The position numbers and the translations under genes are program-made. From Desulfobacterales bacterium (GTDB lineage: Bacteria > Desulfobacterota > Desulfobacteria > Desulfobacterales > UBA2174), in the NCBI GenBank assembly GCA_963668645.2, contig CAXXWC010000002.1, positions 64,001 to 128,000 on the forward strand: a DNA stretch of 64,000 nt, given 5' to 3'. The notes beneath the pieces are model-generated. The model saw only the letters and a program-made list of their open reading frames with translations, was not told the origin of the DNA and did no database searches. Shown in pieces: positions 47,730 through 56,453 of this stretch (positions within the stretch are counted from its first letter, which is position 1; every line of letters begins with the position of its first letter).

Positions 47730-49115
47730 TCACTCCGGCTGCCATGCACAATCTGCCCAGTGCTCTTCGTAGCGTTTCACAAAATCTTTCATCTCACGGA
47801 TGTTGGCGGCAGGTTCGCGGCAGGCCCGGGCACAGGTAAAAACGACATCCCGGTAGAACTTCGGAGCTACAGCCCTGATGCCGTCATAATTCATAAGCAA
47901 GTCCGGAAGACGCTCCGCGATTTTTGCTCCGCGAGGTGCCATCACAATGCTCGGGGGTTCTCCATACGTGTTGATCAACACGTATCGCCAACTTGGATCT
48001 GCGGCTCCCTGGCGAGGGACAATCTCACAGGGACATGCATCTCCGCCGCCGGAAATGCCTTCATAAACTTCCTTGATGGCCAGTGGTTTGTTGGCCACCA
48101 GGACATAAGGTCCGGCCTCTATATATCTGCCCACGCTTTCGTCGTATTCGATGCCAAGCAAGGTTTCCAGGTCAAAACGCGTATGTCGATCAAGAGACGC
48201 CTTCCCCGAGGTGAACCATTTAAGTTCCCGCAGGGTGATCCCGGCACACCTGGCAATCTCTGCTGGCGAATTGGGCCAGCACGCCACGAGGTTCTTGGCG
48301 ATTTCGGCCGCGTTGTCATAGTCAGTGTCGGCCCAGAAATCATCATTCTCCACGATGTCTTCCGGTGCCTTCTCACCTGTCAGTAGCCAGGTGTTGCCAT
48401 CAAACCCGTCGAGGTTGAAATATCTGGGCTGATCGGGCGGCAGGGAGGTCTCCCAGGATGACAGCCATGGACCGGGTTCCCAGTCGAGTCCACCGGGCAC
48501 TGTTGGCACCGGCACTTGCACCGGTAAGGTCAGCCACTGCTGGATTCTGTCTTCAACCTCGCGACTGTTCGCGCCTCTTTGATCATCCCTGAGACGAAAA
48601 TCGTGGTCAACTTGAGCGTATCGGCAAAGGGCCTGGATGGACCCGGCAAGAGACCGGTCATTTCCGTCGTGCTTCCTCAGCAACCACCGGCTGGAGTCCT
48701 GGGCCGAGCGCAGGGAAGCGGGCAGGGATTTCTCCTTGGCATCGGCTACCTCGACCTGAACTCCGATTTTTGCCATTGCCCCTGCCAGTTCAGGGCTGGC
48801 CGTCGCAAGGTGGCGGTTGACCCGCAGGATGTCCGGTCGGCCACGCAAGCCCTCGGCGTTACACCACGCATCCAGAAGAACATCCCGGAAGGCACGGGGT
48901 TGATCGACTGCAGTGAAGGTCATCCACCGAATAGGCAACCCGGCAACGGTCAATCCATAGAGCATGAGGGGGCTGAGCCCGTATCGCTCTGCATCCCTGA
49001 TCTTGATAGGGTCCCGCGCTGATACGACGCCATGCTCCGGATGGTGGAAAAGGAACTTGGCAATCGAAACGTAGAAATGATGCTCTCTTGGTGATGGCTG
49101 TGTCTGCTGATTCAT
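47730..49115 (-). CDS. Hypothetical protein with an internal Xre-like HTH
   Basis: 461-aa ORF, AGGAGGGG RBS; PAEIARCAGITLRELKWFTSGK HTH. Confidence 0.75.
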   Translation of the reverse strand: MNQQTQPSPREHHFYVSIAKFLFHHPEHGVVSARDPIKIRDAERYGLSPLMLYGLTVAGLPIRWMTFTAVDQPRAFRDVLLDAWCNAEGLRGRPDILRVNRHLATASPELAGAMAKIGVQVEVADAKEKSLPASLRSAQDSSRWLLRKHDGNDRSLAGSIQALCRYAQVDHDFRLRDDQRGANSREVEDRIQQWLTLPVQVPVPTVPGGLDWEPGPWLSSWETSLPPDQPRYFNLDGFDGNTWLLTGEKAPEDIVENDDFWADTDYDNAAEIAKNLVACWPNSPAEIARCAGITLRELKWFTSGKASLDRHTRFDLETLLGIEYDESVGRYIEAGPYVLVANKPLAIKEVYEGISGGGDACPCEIVPRQGAADPSWRYVLINTYGEPPSIVMAPRGAKIAERLPDLLMNYDGIRAVAPKFYRDVVFTCARACREPAANIREMKDFVKRYEEHWADCAWQPE

Positions 49116-49229
49116 GCCCCCTCCTGGGGAAATGCCAGCTTTCCCCGAAAACTATCGTAGGCTCCGCGCTCCGCCAACAACCGGGCCAACAGCAGAGCGC
49201 AAGATAGTTCGGATCGATGATCTGGATTT

Positions 49230-49325
49230 CTACTGCAGGAGTTCATTCATCCTCTCCTGAAAATAGGCTGGGTATTTCTCCATCACCACCCTGGCTCCGT
49301 CCCGGTCATTTTTCAGCGCGACCTT
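49230..49325 (-). pseudogene. Possible 3' remnant of an unknown gene abutting element C
   Basis: KVALKNDRDGARVVMEKYPAYFQERMNELLQ* begins immediately after the GACCCC end; family not recognised. Confidence 0.35.
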
Positions 49326-49420
49326 GGGGTCGCACCAAGACAACCCATTGTTAATATTGTTCAAACGACTCCTACCGATGGCCAAAATAGCCCCATATCA
49401 CTATTTTGGCCCTTAAAATC
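49326..49420 (-). repeat. 95-nt structured element, copy C (inverted)
   Basis: Minus strand GATTTT-N7-AAAA-TAGT-GATATGGG-GCTA-TTTT..TTGGTGCGACCCC. Confidence 0.8.
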
Positions 49421-49503
49421 GTTGTTATAGCGTACCATGTTTTTTTTGCGTGCATCGCCGGCATGGCCCCGCGACGACCGCAGGCCGGCCGGAGCATTAT
49501 TTC

Positions 49504-50262
49504 TCAGTCCCGCTCCACAACCCTCGCCACACGCGCACCACAGACAGCGCAGGTGCCGTGCAGGACAAGCCGACCCTTTTCGATCTTCCCGCTCAGAAGC
49601 ACCATGTCGCCTGCTTCCCGGCAGAAACGGCACCAGACGTTGCTGAGCAGCATGGCCTGCAGCTTGGGCGGGATCCGCTCCCACCGTTGCCCGGCCTTCG
49701 CTGTGAAGGTCGGGGACGATGCCGTCGCGATCTCGCCGTAAGGCTGCCGCTTTTCCCTGGCCGTGAAGCCGATCTTGCGAGGCGGGCTGTCCTCGCCCTC
49801 GAGGAGCTGGCGCAAGGCCGCGAACACGGCTTCGAACTGCGCGTCGTAGCGCTGCTCCAATTCCTCGATCTTGCGGCGTAACGCATCGTGGACGCCGGCC
49901 ATGCGGCGAAGTTGGGTGAACGTGCGCATGATTTGGATGTTGACCTGGATGGCCTGCTGGCTGCGCAGCACACTCGACAGCATGGCCACCCCCTGCTCGG
50001 TGAAGGCCATGGGCCGATGGCGCAGCCCCATCTTGTCTGCGTTGGAGGTCACAAACTGTGACCTCCAATGCTGAAATTCCTGAACCGTCAGCTCGAACAT
50101 GAAGTCCTCGGGAAATCGCTCGGCGTTCCTGCGTACAGCCTGCTTGAGGGCCTTCGTCGCGACACCGTAGAGCTCCGCCAGATCCCGGTCCAGCATCACC
50201 TTCTGCCCCCGGATCGAGTAGATCCTTTCGCAAATGGCCTCTGCAGAAATGATTTCAGCCAT
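49504..50262 (-). CDS. ORF6N (KilA-N-like) DNA-binding protein fused to a C-terminal C4 zinc ribbon
   Basis: IRGQKVMLDRDLAELYGV, RFPEDFMFEL, AFTEQGVAMLSSVL, RKIGF; then WCRFC..CAVC. Confidence 0.88.
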   Translation of the reverse strand: MAEIISAEAICERIYSIRGQKVMLDRDLAELYGVATKALKQAVRRNAERFPEDFMFELTVQEFQHWRSQFVTSNADKMGLRHRPMAFTEQGVAMLSSVLRSQQAIQVNIQIMRTFTQLRRMAGVHDALRRKIEELEQRYDAQFEAVFAALRQLLEGEDSPPRKIGFTAREKRQPYGEIATASSPTFTAKAGQRWERIPPKLQAMLLSNVWCRFCREAGDMVLLSGKIEKGRLVLHGTCAVCGARVARVVERD

Positions 50263-50612
50263 GGTGCGGCCCCTTCTCCTTACGAATCCTTGGCCTTGGC
50301 CTCCCACCAAGACAACCCACTGCGAACATTTCCTGTCTGGTGATACGCGGTGCCGTGAGAGGACATCCGTTCCGAGCCTTGAACCAATCATACCACCGGA
50401 TTTTGCCAGATGGGGACAAAACCGTCCCGAAAAAACAGCAAAGCCCGCTTCGCAAGAACGTAACATTCTCGCAAGGCGGGCTCTCTACGGACCGGCTATC
50501 CACCAGTTTGCTGCCACAATGCCTCTCCCTTTGGTTTGGGGGTCAACGGCTGGTGCAGATTACTATAGATGGCCCTAAATTTCAACGAGCCCTTTCCGGG
50601 CGGTTCACAAGA

Positions 50613-50711
50613 GAAAGGACCCAAAGGACATCAGGGACAAAAGGGACCCGAAGAACGATCGGGGCTTGTTTTTTCGTCCTTTCAGTCCTTTTGGTCCCTT
50701 TGGTCCTTTTT
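50613..50711. repeat. Palindrome of 9-nt units (4x GGAC arm, loop, 4x GTCC arm)
   Basis: GGAC at 50617/50626/50635/50644; GTCC at 50676/50685/50694/50703. Confidence 0.9.
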
Positions 50712-50773
50712 GGATGTCTGCCGGAGATCGCTTTTGATGAGGCATTTTTTGGAAGATAGCTTTCCAGGCACCA

Positions 50774-51379
50774 TCATTTTTTCGCCGGCTTAAAGCCGTC
50801 CGGTTCTCTGCCGCGCCGATTCCCTCGCTGCCGATCACGGTGGTTCAGCCGTGCGCGGGTCATGCGCTCGCTCAACCCGCCCTGCGCCACAAACGCTTGT
50901 TCCAGTTGGGCGATCTGCCGGTCGAGCAGGTAGGTGGTCACCTTGACGAGGCCGATGATCACATTGGCGGCGATGGCCGGATCTTCGTGTTCGATGCCTT
51001 TGCGGAAAGTATCGTACTCGGCGTCGGGCTGACGATTCAGCTCGCGCAGTCGCCTGGCATAGGGGTGGTCCCGGCCCCACTCGGACAGGCCGCGTGAGCG
51101 CAGAAAATCGCGGTAGTCTTCCAGCAGTTCGCCCAGGCTGGCCCGGGCCACATTGGTCAACTTGATCTCGGTCTTCTTGGAGGTGGCGGACGCTAGGCTG
51201 CCTTCGATGATGTTCTGCTTTCCGGAGCGCGCCGCCTGCACCATCTGGTCCACCGTGCGGTCACGCTTGTTGAAAAAGCGCGCGCAGAATCTGACCGTGG
51301 CGTCGTAAACGATCCTGGCCTTCTGGTAGGAGAGCAGCTTTTCGTAACCCCCGTGGGGCGGGATGAAGCCTTCGGGCAT
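50774..51379 (-). CDS. Four-helix-bundle protein with suffix domain (TIGR04258-type)
   Basis: PHGGYEKLLSYQKA, RTVDQMVQAARSGKQNIIEG, LTNVARASLGELLEDY, GGLSERMTRARL; AGGAG RBS. Confidence 0.88.
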   Translation of the reverse strand: MPEGFIPPHGGYEKLLSYQKARIVYDATVRFCARFFNKRDRTVDQMVQAARSGKQNIIEGSLASATSKKTEIKLTNVARASLGELLEDYRDFLRSRGLSEWGRDHPYARRLRELNRQPDAEYDTFRKGIEHEDPAIAANVIIGLVKVTTYLLDRQIAQLEQAFVAQGGLSERMTRARLNHRDRQRGNRRGREPDGFKPAKK

Positions 51380-51400
51380 GGGGTGCTCCTGGGGAAAGAG

Positions 51401-51487
51401 AAAAAGACCCAAAAGACAACAAGGACATAAAGGACCTGGGTTGCGGCCGCCGTCCTTCAGGTCCTTTAAGTCCTTTTGGTCCCTTTG
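51401..51487. repeat. Second palindrome of 9-nt units; possible terminator of the cob operon
   Basis: GAC at 51406/51415/51424/51433; GTCC at 51452/51461/51470/51479; U-rich tail on the minus strand. Confidence 0.88.
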
Positions 51488-51547
51488 AGATCAGCCAGGA
51501 ATCAGACTTACCCTATCCCCCACCTCAGCCAATGTCAAAGCCGCGCG

Positions 51548-52492
51548 TCACCAAACCGCCCACCACACTGCCAAAAGAGCCGCCAGCAAGGTCGTGAGCA
51601 CCATCAGGTGGCAGGCGAGGCGGATGTCGGCAATGGCCACTTCTCTGAATTCTTCGCCGATAAACGGTTTTTCCACCAGCTGCCCGTGGTAGTGGTTGGG
51701 GCCGCCGAGGCGCACCCCAAGGGCACCGGCAAAGGCGGCTTCGGGGAACCCGGAATTCGGGCTGGCGTGGCGCCGGGAGTCGCGCCGGCCGATGCGCCAG
51801 GCCTGCCCCCCGCGGCGGAAGCCGAGCCGGGCAGCGGCAACGATCAGCGGCAGGCTGAGGCGCGCCGGGATGAAGTTGGCCGCATCGTCCAGGTGGGCTG
51901 CGGCGCGCCCGAACTCGATATAGCGCGGGCTGCGATAGCCCACCATGGAATCGAGGGTGTTGACCATCTTGTAGGCCATGGCCAGGGGGGGGCCGCCCAG
52001 CAGGGCGAAGAAAAGCGGGGCAACAATCCCGTCCACCAGGTTTTCGGCCACCGTCTCCACCGCGGCCCGGGCCACGGCGGATTCATCCAGGCGGTCGGTT
52101 TCGCGGCCCACGATCATGGACACCGCCTTGCGGGCCGCCTCCAGGTCGCCCTGGCGTAGCGGGGCTTCGACTCCCATGGCAGCAGCGTAAAGAGAGCGCG
52201 CCGAAAGGCAGGTCCAGAGCATCACGGCCTGCACCACGATGCCCAGCAGCGGATGGATCCACCCGGCCAGGGCTGCCATGATCGCTGCCAGGGCCCAGGT
52301 CCCCGGGACCAGGATCAGCACAAGCAGCCGTCCGGCGTTGGGCACGGAAAGCCGGCTCGCGCGCAGGCGCGCTTCGAGCCGCTCGACGGCCCGTCCCATC
52401 CAGCGTACCGGGTGGGGCCAGTGGGGCGGGTCGCCCAGGGCCAGGTCGAGGATAAAGGCGGTGGCAATCACCCAGGCCAGAGGGTTGCTCAT
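51548..52492 (-). CDS. cbiB: Adenosylcobinamide-phosphate synthase
   Basis: GDPPHWPHPV, IVGRET, ETVAENLVDG, NTLDSMVGY, HASPNSG. Confidence 0.95.
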   Translation of the reverse strand: MSNPLAWVIATAFILDLALGDPPHWPHPVRWMGRAVERLEARLRASRLSVPNAGRLLVLILVPGTWALAAIMAALAGWIHPLLGIVVQAVMLWTCLSARSLYAAAMGVEAPLRQGDLEAARKAVSMIVGRETDRLDESAVARAAVETVAENLVDGIVAPLFFALLGGPPLAMAYKMVNTLDSMVGYRSPRYIEFGRAAAHLDDAANFIPARLSLPLIVAAARLGFRRGGQAWRIGRRDSRRHASPNSGFPEAAFAGALGVRLGGPNHYHGQLVEKPFIGEEFREVAIADIRLACHLMVLTTLLAALLAVWWAVW

Positions 52493-52500
52493 CACAAGGT

Positions 52501-53574
52501 TCAGCCTTTCAAAAGTGAGAAAAGACAATCCAGGGCCCGGTCGTTGACGGCCCGCTTCTTGAGCGAAAAACGCACGTATTGCGGTCCGAGGCCGACGAAG
52601 TTGGCGGCGTTGCGGATCAGGATGCGCTCCTGGGCCAGGGCCTGCCAGACCCGGTCTGCGGTAAACGGTGGATCCAGCCGGGCCAATATAAAGGAGGTGC
52701 CGCTGTCAAAGGTCCGGATCTGCTCCAGGCCTGCCAGGCGTTGAAAAAAGTGGGCTCTTTCGGCTTCCAGAAAACGGCGCGTCTGGTCCACAAAGGCGGC
52801 CACCGCCTGGGGCTGGGCCCCGATGAATTCCACCGCAGCCTGGGCCAGGGCATTGACGCTCCAGGGGATGCGCAAGGCGGCCAGGTGCCCGATGAGATCC
52901 GGGTCTCCGGACACAAAGCCGATGCGCAGCCCGGGGATGCGGTGGATCTTGCTCAGGGAGCTGAGTACCAGCATGTTTGGCGATCCCCTGCCGGCCAGGG
53001 AAGAAGCCGCCCCGACAAAGGGCAGGTAGGATTCGTCCACCAAAAAGGTGCAGCGGCGATGGGCCGCGGCCAGTTCGAGCAGGGCCGGCCCATCTATCAG
53101 TCGGCCGGTGGGATTGTTGGGATTGCAGATAAAGACCAGGTCCCCGTCTTCCAGGTCTGCAGCCAGGCGCTCCAGCGGCGGCCGGAATCCATCATCCGGT
53201 CCGGCCAGGACATGGTGCAGCGGGGCCCCGGCCAGGCGGCAGGCATCGGCATAGTCGGCGTAGGTCGGCCCCAGGATCACGGCCCGCCTGGGGCGCAGGG
53301 CCCTGGGCAGCAGGTAGAGGATCTCGGTGGAGCCGTTGCCGGCCAGGACCTGTTGCGGCAACAGGCCGCAGGTCTTGGCAAAGGCGGCCGTCATGGCGGC
53401 CGCATCCACCTCGGGCAGGGCCCGGATCCGTTCCAGGCGGTGTTGCAGGCAATCCATCAGTTCGGGCATGGGACCGAGGGGATTGACGTTGCTGCTCATG
53501 TCGTCGATGGCGTCCGGATCGCAGCCTAACCGGAGGGCCAGTTCGTGGATGTTGCCGCCGTGGCCGCGGATCAT
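52501..53574 (-). CDS. cobD: Threonine-phosphate decarboxylase
   Basis: HGGN, DMSSNVNPLG, CNPNNPTG, VDESY, SLSKIHRIPGLRIG. Confidence 0.92.
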   Translation of the reverse strand: MIRGHGGNIHELALRLGCDPDAIDDMSSNVNPLGPMPELMDCLQHRLERIRALPEVDAAAMTAAFAKTCGLLPQQVLAGNGSTEILYLLPRALRPRRAVILGPTYADYADACRLAGAPLHHVLAGPDDGFRPPLERLAADLEDGDLVFICNPNNPTGRLIDGPALLELAAAHRRCTFLVDESYLPFVGAASSLAGRGSPNMLVLSSLSKIHRIPGLRIGFVSGDPDLIGHLAALRIPWSVNALAQAAVEFIGAQPQAVAAFVDQTRRFLEAERAHFFQRLAGLEQIRTFDSGTSFILARLDPPFTADRVWQALAQERILIRNAANFVGLGPQYVRFSLKKRAVNDRALDCLFSLLKG

Positions 53575-54341
53575 GGGACACCTCCCGCCAGGGCGACGAA
53601 AAGCAGCGCTTCGCAAACCTCGTTCAACGCCCCGAGCATGTCCCCGGTGATTCCGCCCATGCGGCGGCGGTAATAGGGAATGGCGATGGCCAGGGCCGCG
53701 GCCCAAAGCCCCCAGAGCAAAAGAGCGCGCCACCCGAGCAGCAGTGAAAGGGCCAGGGGCAGCAAAAACGCACCAAAATGCCACGGCCCCAGAGGCGCTT
53801 CGAAAAAGGCCTGGCCCGTGCCGGAGCTGCGGGCGTAGGGCAAACGGTCGATGGCCACCATCATGGCGCAGCGGGCCATACAGGGGACCAGCATCAGGCC
53901 CAGGATCCGCTGGTGGCTCAGTGTGCCGATGGCCGCGGCCTTGACGATGAGCACCACGGCCACGGCCACCAGCCCCATGGCCCCTACCCGGCTGTCCTTC
54001 ATGATTTCCAGGGCCCGTTCACGCCGGTGCGAACCGAGCAGGCCGTCGGCCGTGTCGGCCAGCCCGTCCAGATGCAGGGCCCCGGTCACCGCGGCCAGCA
54101 GGGCCACGTCCAGCGCCGCTGCCACCGGGGCCGGCAGGAAAAATCCCGCCAGATAATCGAAGGCCGAGACCAGTGCCCCGATGACGAGCCCGGCCACCGG
54201 GAAAAAGACAAAGACCGGCCCCGGCGCAAACCTGGCCGGCGGCCCCAGGGGCAGGATGGTGAGAAACTGCAAGGCCCCCACCAGGCCCTCGAAAAGGGAA
54301 GGCTTGGGCAGAGGATTTTGCACAGAGTCATAATCGCTCAT
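53571..54341 (-). CDS. cobS: Adenosylcobinamide-GDP ribazoletransferase
   Basis: FLTILP, TGALHLDGLADTADG, IMKDSRVG, GGITGD. Confidence 0.95.
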   Translation of the reverse strand: MSDYDSVQNPLPKPSLFEGLVGALQFLTILPLGPPARFAPGPVFVFFPVAGLVIGALVSAFDYLAGFFLPAPVAAALDVALLAAVTGALHLDGLADTADGLLGSHRRERALEIMKDSRVGAMGLVAVAVVLIVKAAAIGTLSHQRILGLMLVPCMARCAMMVAIDRLPYARSSGTGQAFFEAPLGPWHFGAFLLPLALSLLLGWRALLLWGLWAAALAIAIPYYRRRMGGITGDMLGALNEVCEALLFVALAGGVP

Positions 54342-54352
54342 CGAAACGCTTT

Positions 54353-54886
54353 CTATTCGCCGCTTGGCGCTTGTTTGACGGTCACACCGATCCCGGCCAC
54401 CATCCAGACCACTTTTTGACAGGCCGTGGCGATACGCTGGTTCACCAGGCCGGCCAGGTCCCGGAAGCGGCGCGCCACCTTGTTTTCAGGAACGATGCCG
54501 CCGCCCACTTCGTTGCTCACCAGGATCACGCGGCCCTTGGCGGCCGCCAGCAGCCGGGCCAGGTCTTCCGCACGGGCTTCGATTTCGGCGTCCTCGAGGT
54601 CGGCGGCCATCAGGTTGCTGGTCCAGAGGGTCAGACAGTCGACCAGGATCACCCGGTCCATGGCGTCCTGCCGGCTCACCACCCCGGAAAGGTCTAGGGG
54701 TTCTTCCAGCGTCTGCCAGGTATCGTCCCGCTCGGCCCGGTGGCGGGCCACCCGGGCGACCATCTCTGAATCGTGGGGCACACAGGTGGCCACAAAGAGC
54801 CGCCGCCCCTCACCGGCCCGGGCCAGTTCCAGGGCCTGGCGGCTCTTGCCGCTGCGGCAGCCGCCGATCACCAGGATCGCGCTCAT
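54353..54886 (-). CDS. cobU: Adenosylcobinamide kinase/guanylyltransferase
   Basis: GGCRSGKS, LVDCLTLW, VSNEVGGGIVP. Confidence 0.95.
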   Translation of the reverse strand: MSAILVIGGCRSGKSRQALELARAGEGRRLFVATCVPHDSEMVARVARHRAERDDTWQTLEEPLDLSGVVSRQDAMDRVILVDCLTLWTSNLMAADLEDAEIEARAEDLARLLAAAKGRVILVSNEVGGGIVPENKVARRFRDLAGLVNQRIATACQKVVWMVAGIGVTVKQAPSGE

Positions 54887-54938
54887 GGCGCCTCCTTTTG
54901 AAGTAGAATCGTGAACGCATGAAGATGTGGAATCAGCA

Positions 54939-56453
54939 TCAAAGCCCCATGAGTGCCATCAGGGCCGGCACATCCACGTGGGCCTCGAAATGGTCGGCCA
55001 GCCGGTCGTAGGCCCGGTCCCGGGCCGCCGGCCCGTAGGACTGGTCCGCCCCCAGGTGACCCAGCCCAAGCCCGGCCAGATAGCAGCGCACCGTTGCCGG
55101 CGAATCGAAAAGGCCGTGCAGGTAGGTCCCCAGGATGCGCCCGTCGCCGCTGCGGCACCCGTCCTCCTGATGGCATGCAACCCCGTTGCGGGCCGAGATC
55201 TGCACCAGGGCCTCACCGCCGGTGCGCCGGGTCTGGCCCATGTGGATTTCATAGCCTTCCCCCTGGGCCTCGCCCCACTGGAAACGGGTGCGGGTGGTGG
55301 TCTTGGGCGCCTGGAGAACCGTTTCCACCGGGAGCAGGTCGAGGCCGGGGCTGGTGCCCGGAGATCCTTCGTGCCCGTGGGGATCGTCCACCTGCCGGCC
55401 GAGCATCTGGTACCCGCCGCAGACCCCGAGTACATGGCCGCCGGCGGCCGCATGGGCCCGGATCTTGCGGGTCCATCCGCGCTGGTCGAGCCAGGCCAGG
55501 TCGTGGCGTGTGTTCTTCGATCCGGGCAAAATCACGGCCGCCTCCGGGGGCAGGTCGGCCGGATCTTCCGCGTAGGCCAGGCCCAGCCCGGGAATATCCT
55601 GCAAGGGCTCGAAATCGGTGAAGTTGCTGATATGGGGCAGGCGCACCACCACCACCTTGGGGGCCGGGCCCCGGGCCCCTTTGGCGGGCCGGGGGGCCTC
55701 GATGACCACCGAGTCCTCGGCCTCGATGCGAAAATCGCTGTACCAGGGCAGGACCCCGAATACCGGCTTGCCGGTGCGTTCCTCGATCCAGCGCACCCCG
55801 TCTGTGAAAAGAGAGATATCGCCTCTGAAACGGTTGACGATAAAACCGGCGATGCGCGCGGCCTGGTCAGGATTCAGACAGGCCAGGGTCCCCACGATCT
55901 GGGCAAAGACCCCGCCCTTGTGGATGTCGGCCACCAGGACCACCGGGGCCCCGGCATAGGCGGCCATGGGCAGGTTGACCAGGTCATGGGCCATGAGGTT
56001 GACCTCGGCGCAGGAGCCGGCCCCTTCCAGAATCACCGCCTGGTACTCCCGGCGCAGGCGATCGAGGGCCTGGCGGGCCGCCTGCTCCAAACCTTCCTTT
56101 TGCCGGTGGTACGCGGCGGCCGAGCTATTGGCATGCACCTGTCCCAGGAGCACCACCTGGCTGCCCACATCGCTGGTGGGCTTGAGCAGGATGGGGTTCA
56201 TGTCCACCTGGGGAGCGATGCCGGCCGCCTCGGCCTGAACGATCTGGGCCCGGCCCATCTCGAGGCCTTCGGCCGTGACCCCGGAATTGTTGGACATGTT
56301 CTGGGCCTTGTAGGGGGCCACCTGCACCCCGCGGCGCACCAGGACCCGGCACAGGGCCGTGGCCACCACGCTCTTGCCCACCTCCGAGCCGGTTCCCAGC
56401 ACCGCCAGGCACCTTGCCGGTGCTGCGCTATTTTTCGATTCCCTGCCTGGCAT
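54939..56453 (-). CDS. cobQ: Cobyric acid synthase (CbiP/CobQ)
   Basis: GTGSEVGKS, YKAQNMSNN, MNPILLKP, GVCGGYQMLG, GTYLHG. Confidence 0.96.
   Translation of the reverse strand: MPGRESKNSAAPARCLAVLGTGSEVGKSVVATALCRVLVRRGVQVAPYKAQNMSNNSGVTAEGLEMGRAQIVQAEAAGIAPQVDMNPILLKPTSDVGSQVVLLGQVHANSSAAAYHRQKEGLEQAARQALDRLRREYQAVILEGAGSCAEVNLMAHDLVNLPMAAYAGAPVVLVADIHKGGVFAQIVGTLACLNPDQAARIAGFIVNRFRGDISLFTDGVRWIEERTGKPVFGVLPWYSDFRIEAEDSVVIEAPRPAKGARGPAPKVVVVRLPHISNFTDFEPLQDIPGLGLAYAEDPADLPPEAAVILPGSKNTRHDLAWLDQRGWTRKIRAHAAAGGHVLGVCGGYQMLGRQVDDPHGHEGSPGTSPGLDLLPVETVLQAPKTTTRTRFQWGEAQGEGYEIHMGQTRRTGGEALVQISARNGVACHQEDGCRSGDGRILGTYLHGLFDSPATVRCYLAGLGLGHLGADQSYGPAARDRAYDRLADHFEAHVDVPALMALMGL

Noticed and set aside
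50538..50590. Further element copy at GGGGGTCAAC and GGCCCTAAATTTCAAC
   Set aside because: No ATAT core or dyad at the expected distance
41450..51379. Diversity-generating retroelement (Avd-like proteins plus near-identical repeats)
   Set aside because: No reverse transcriptase in the window, and differences between copies are few and not adenine-specific
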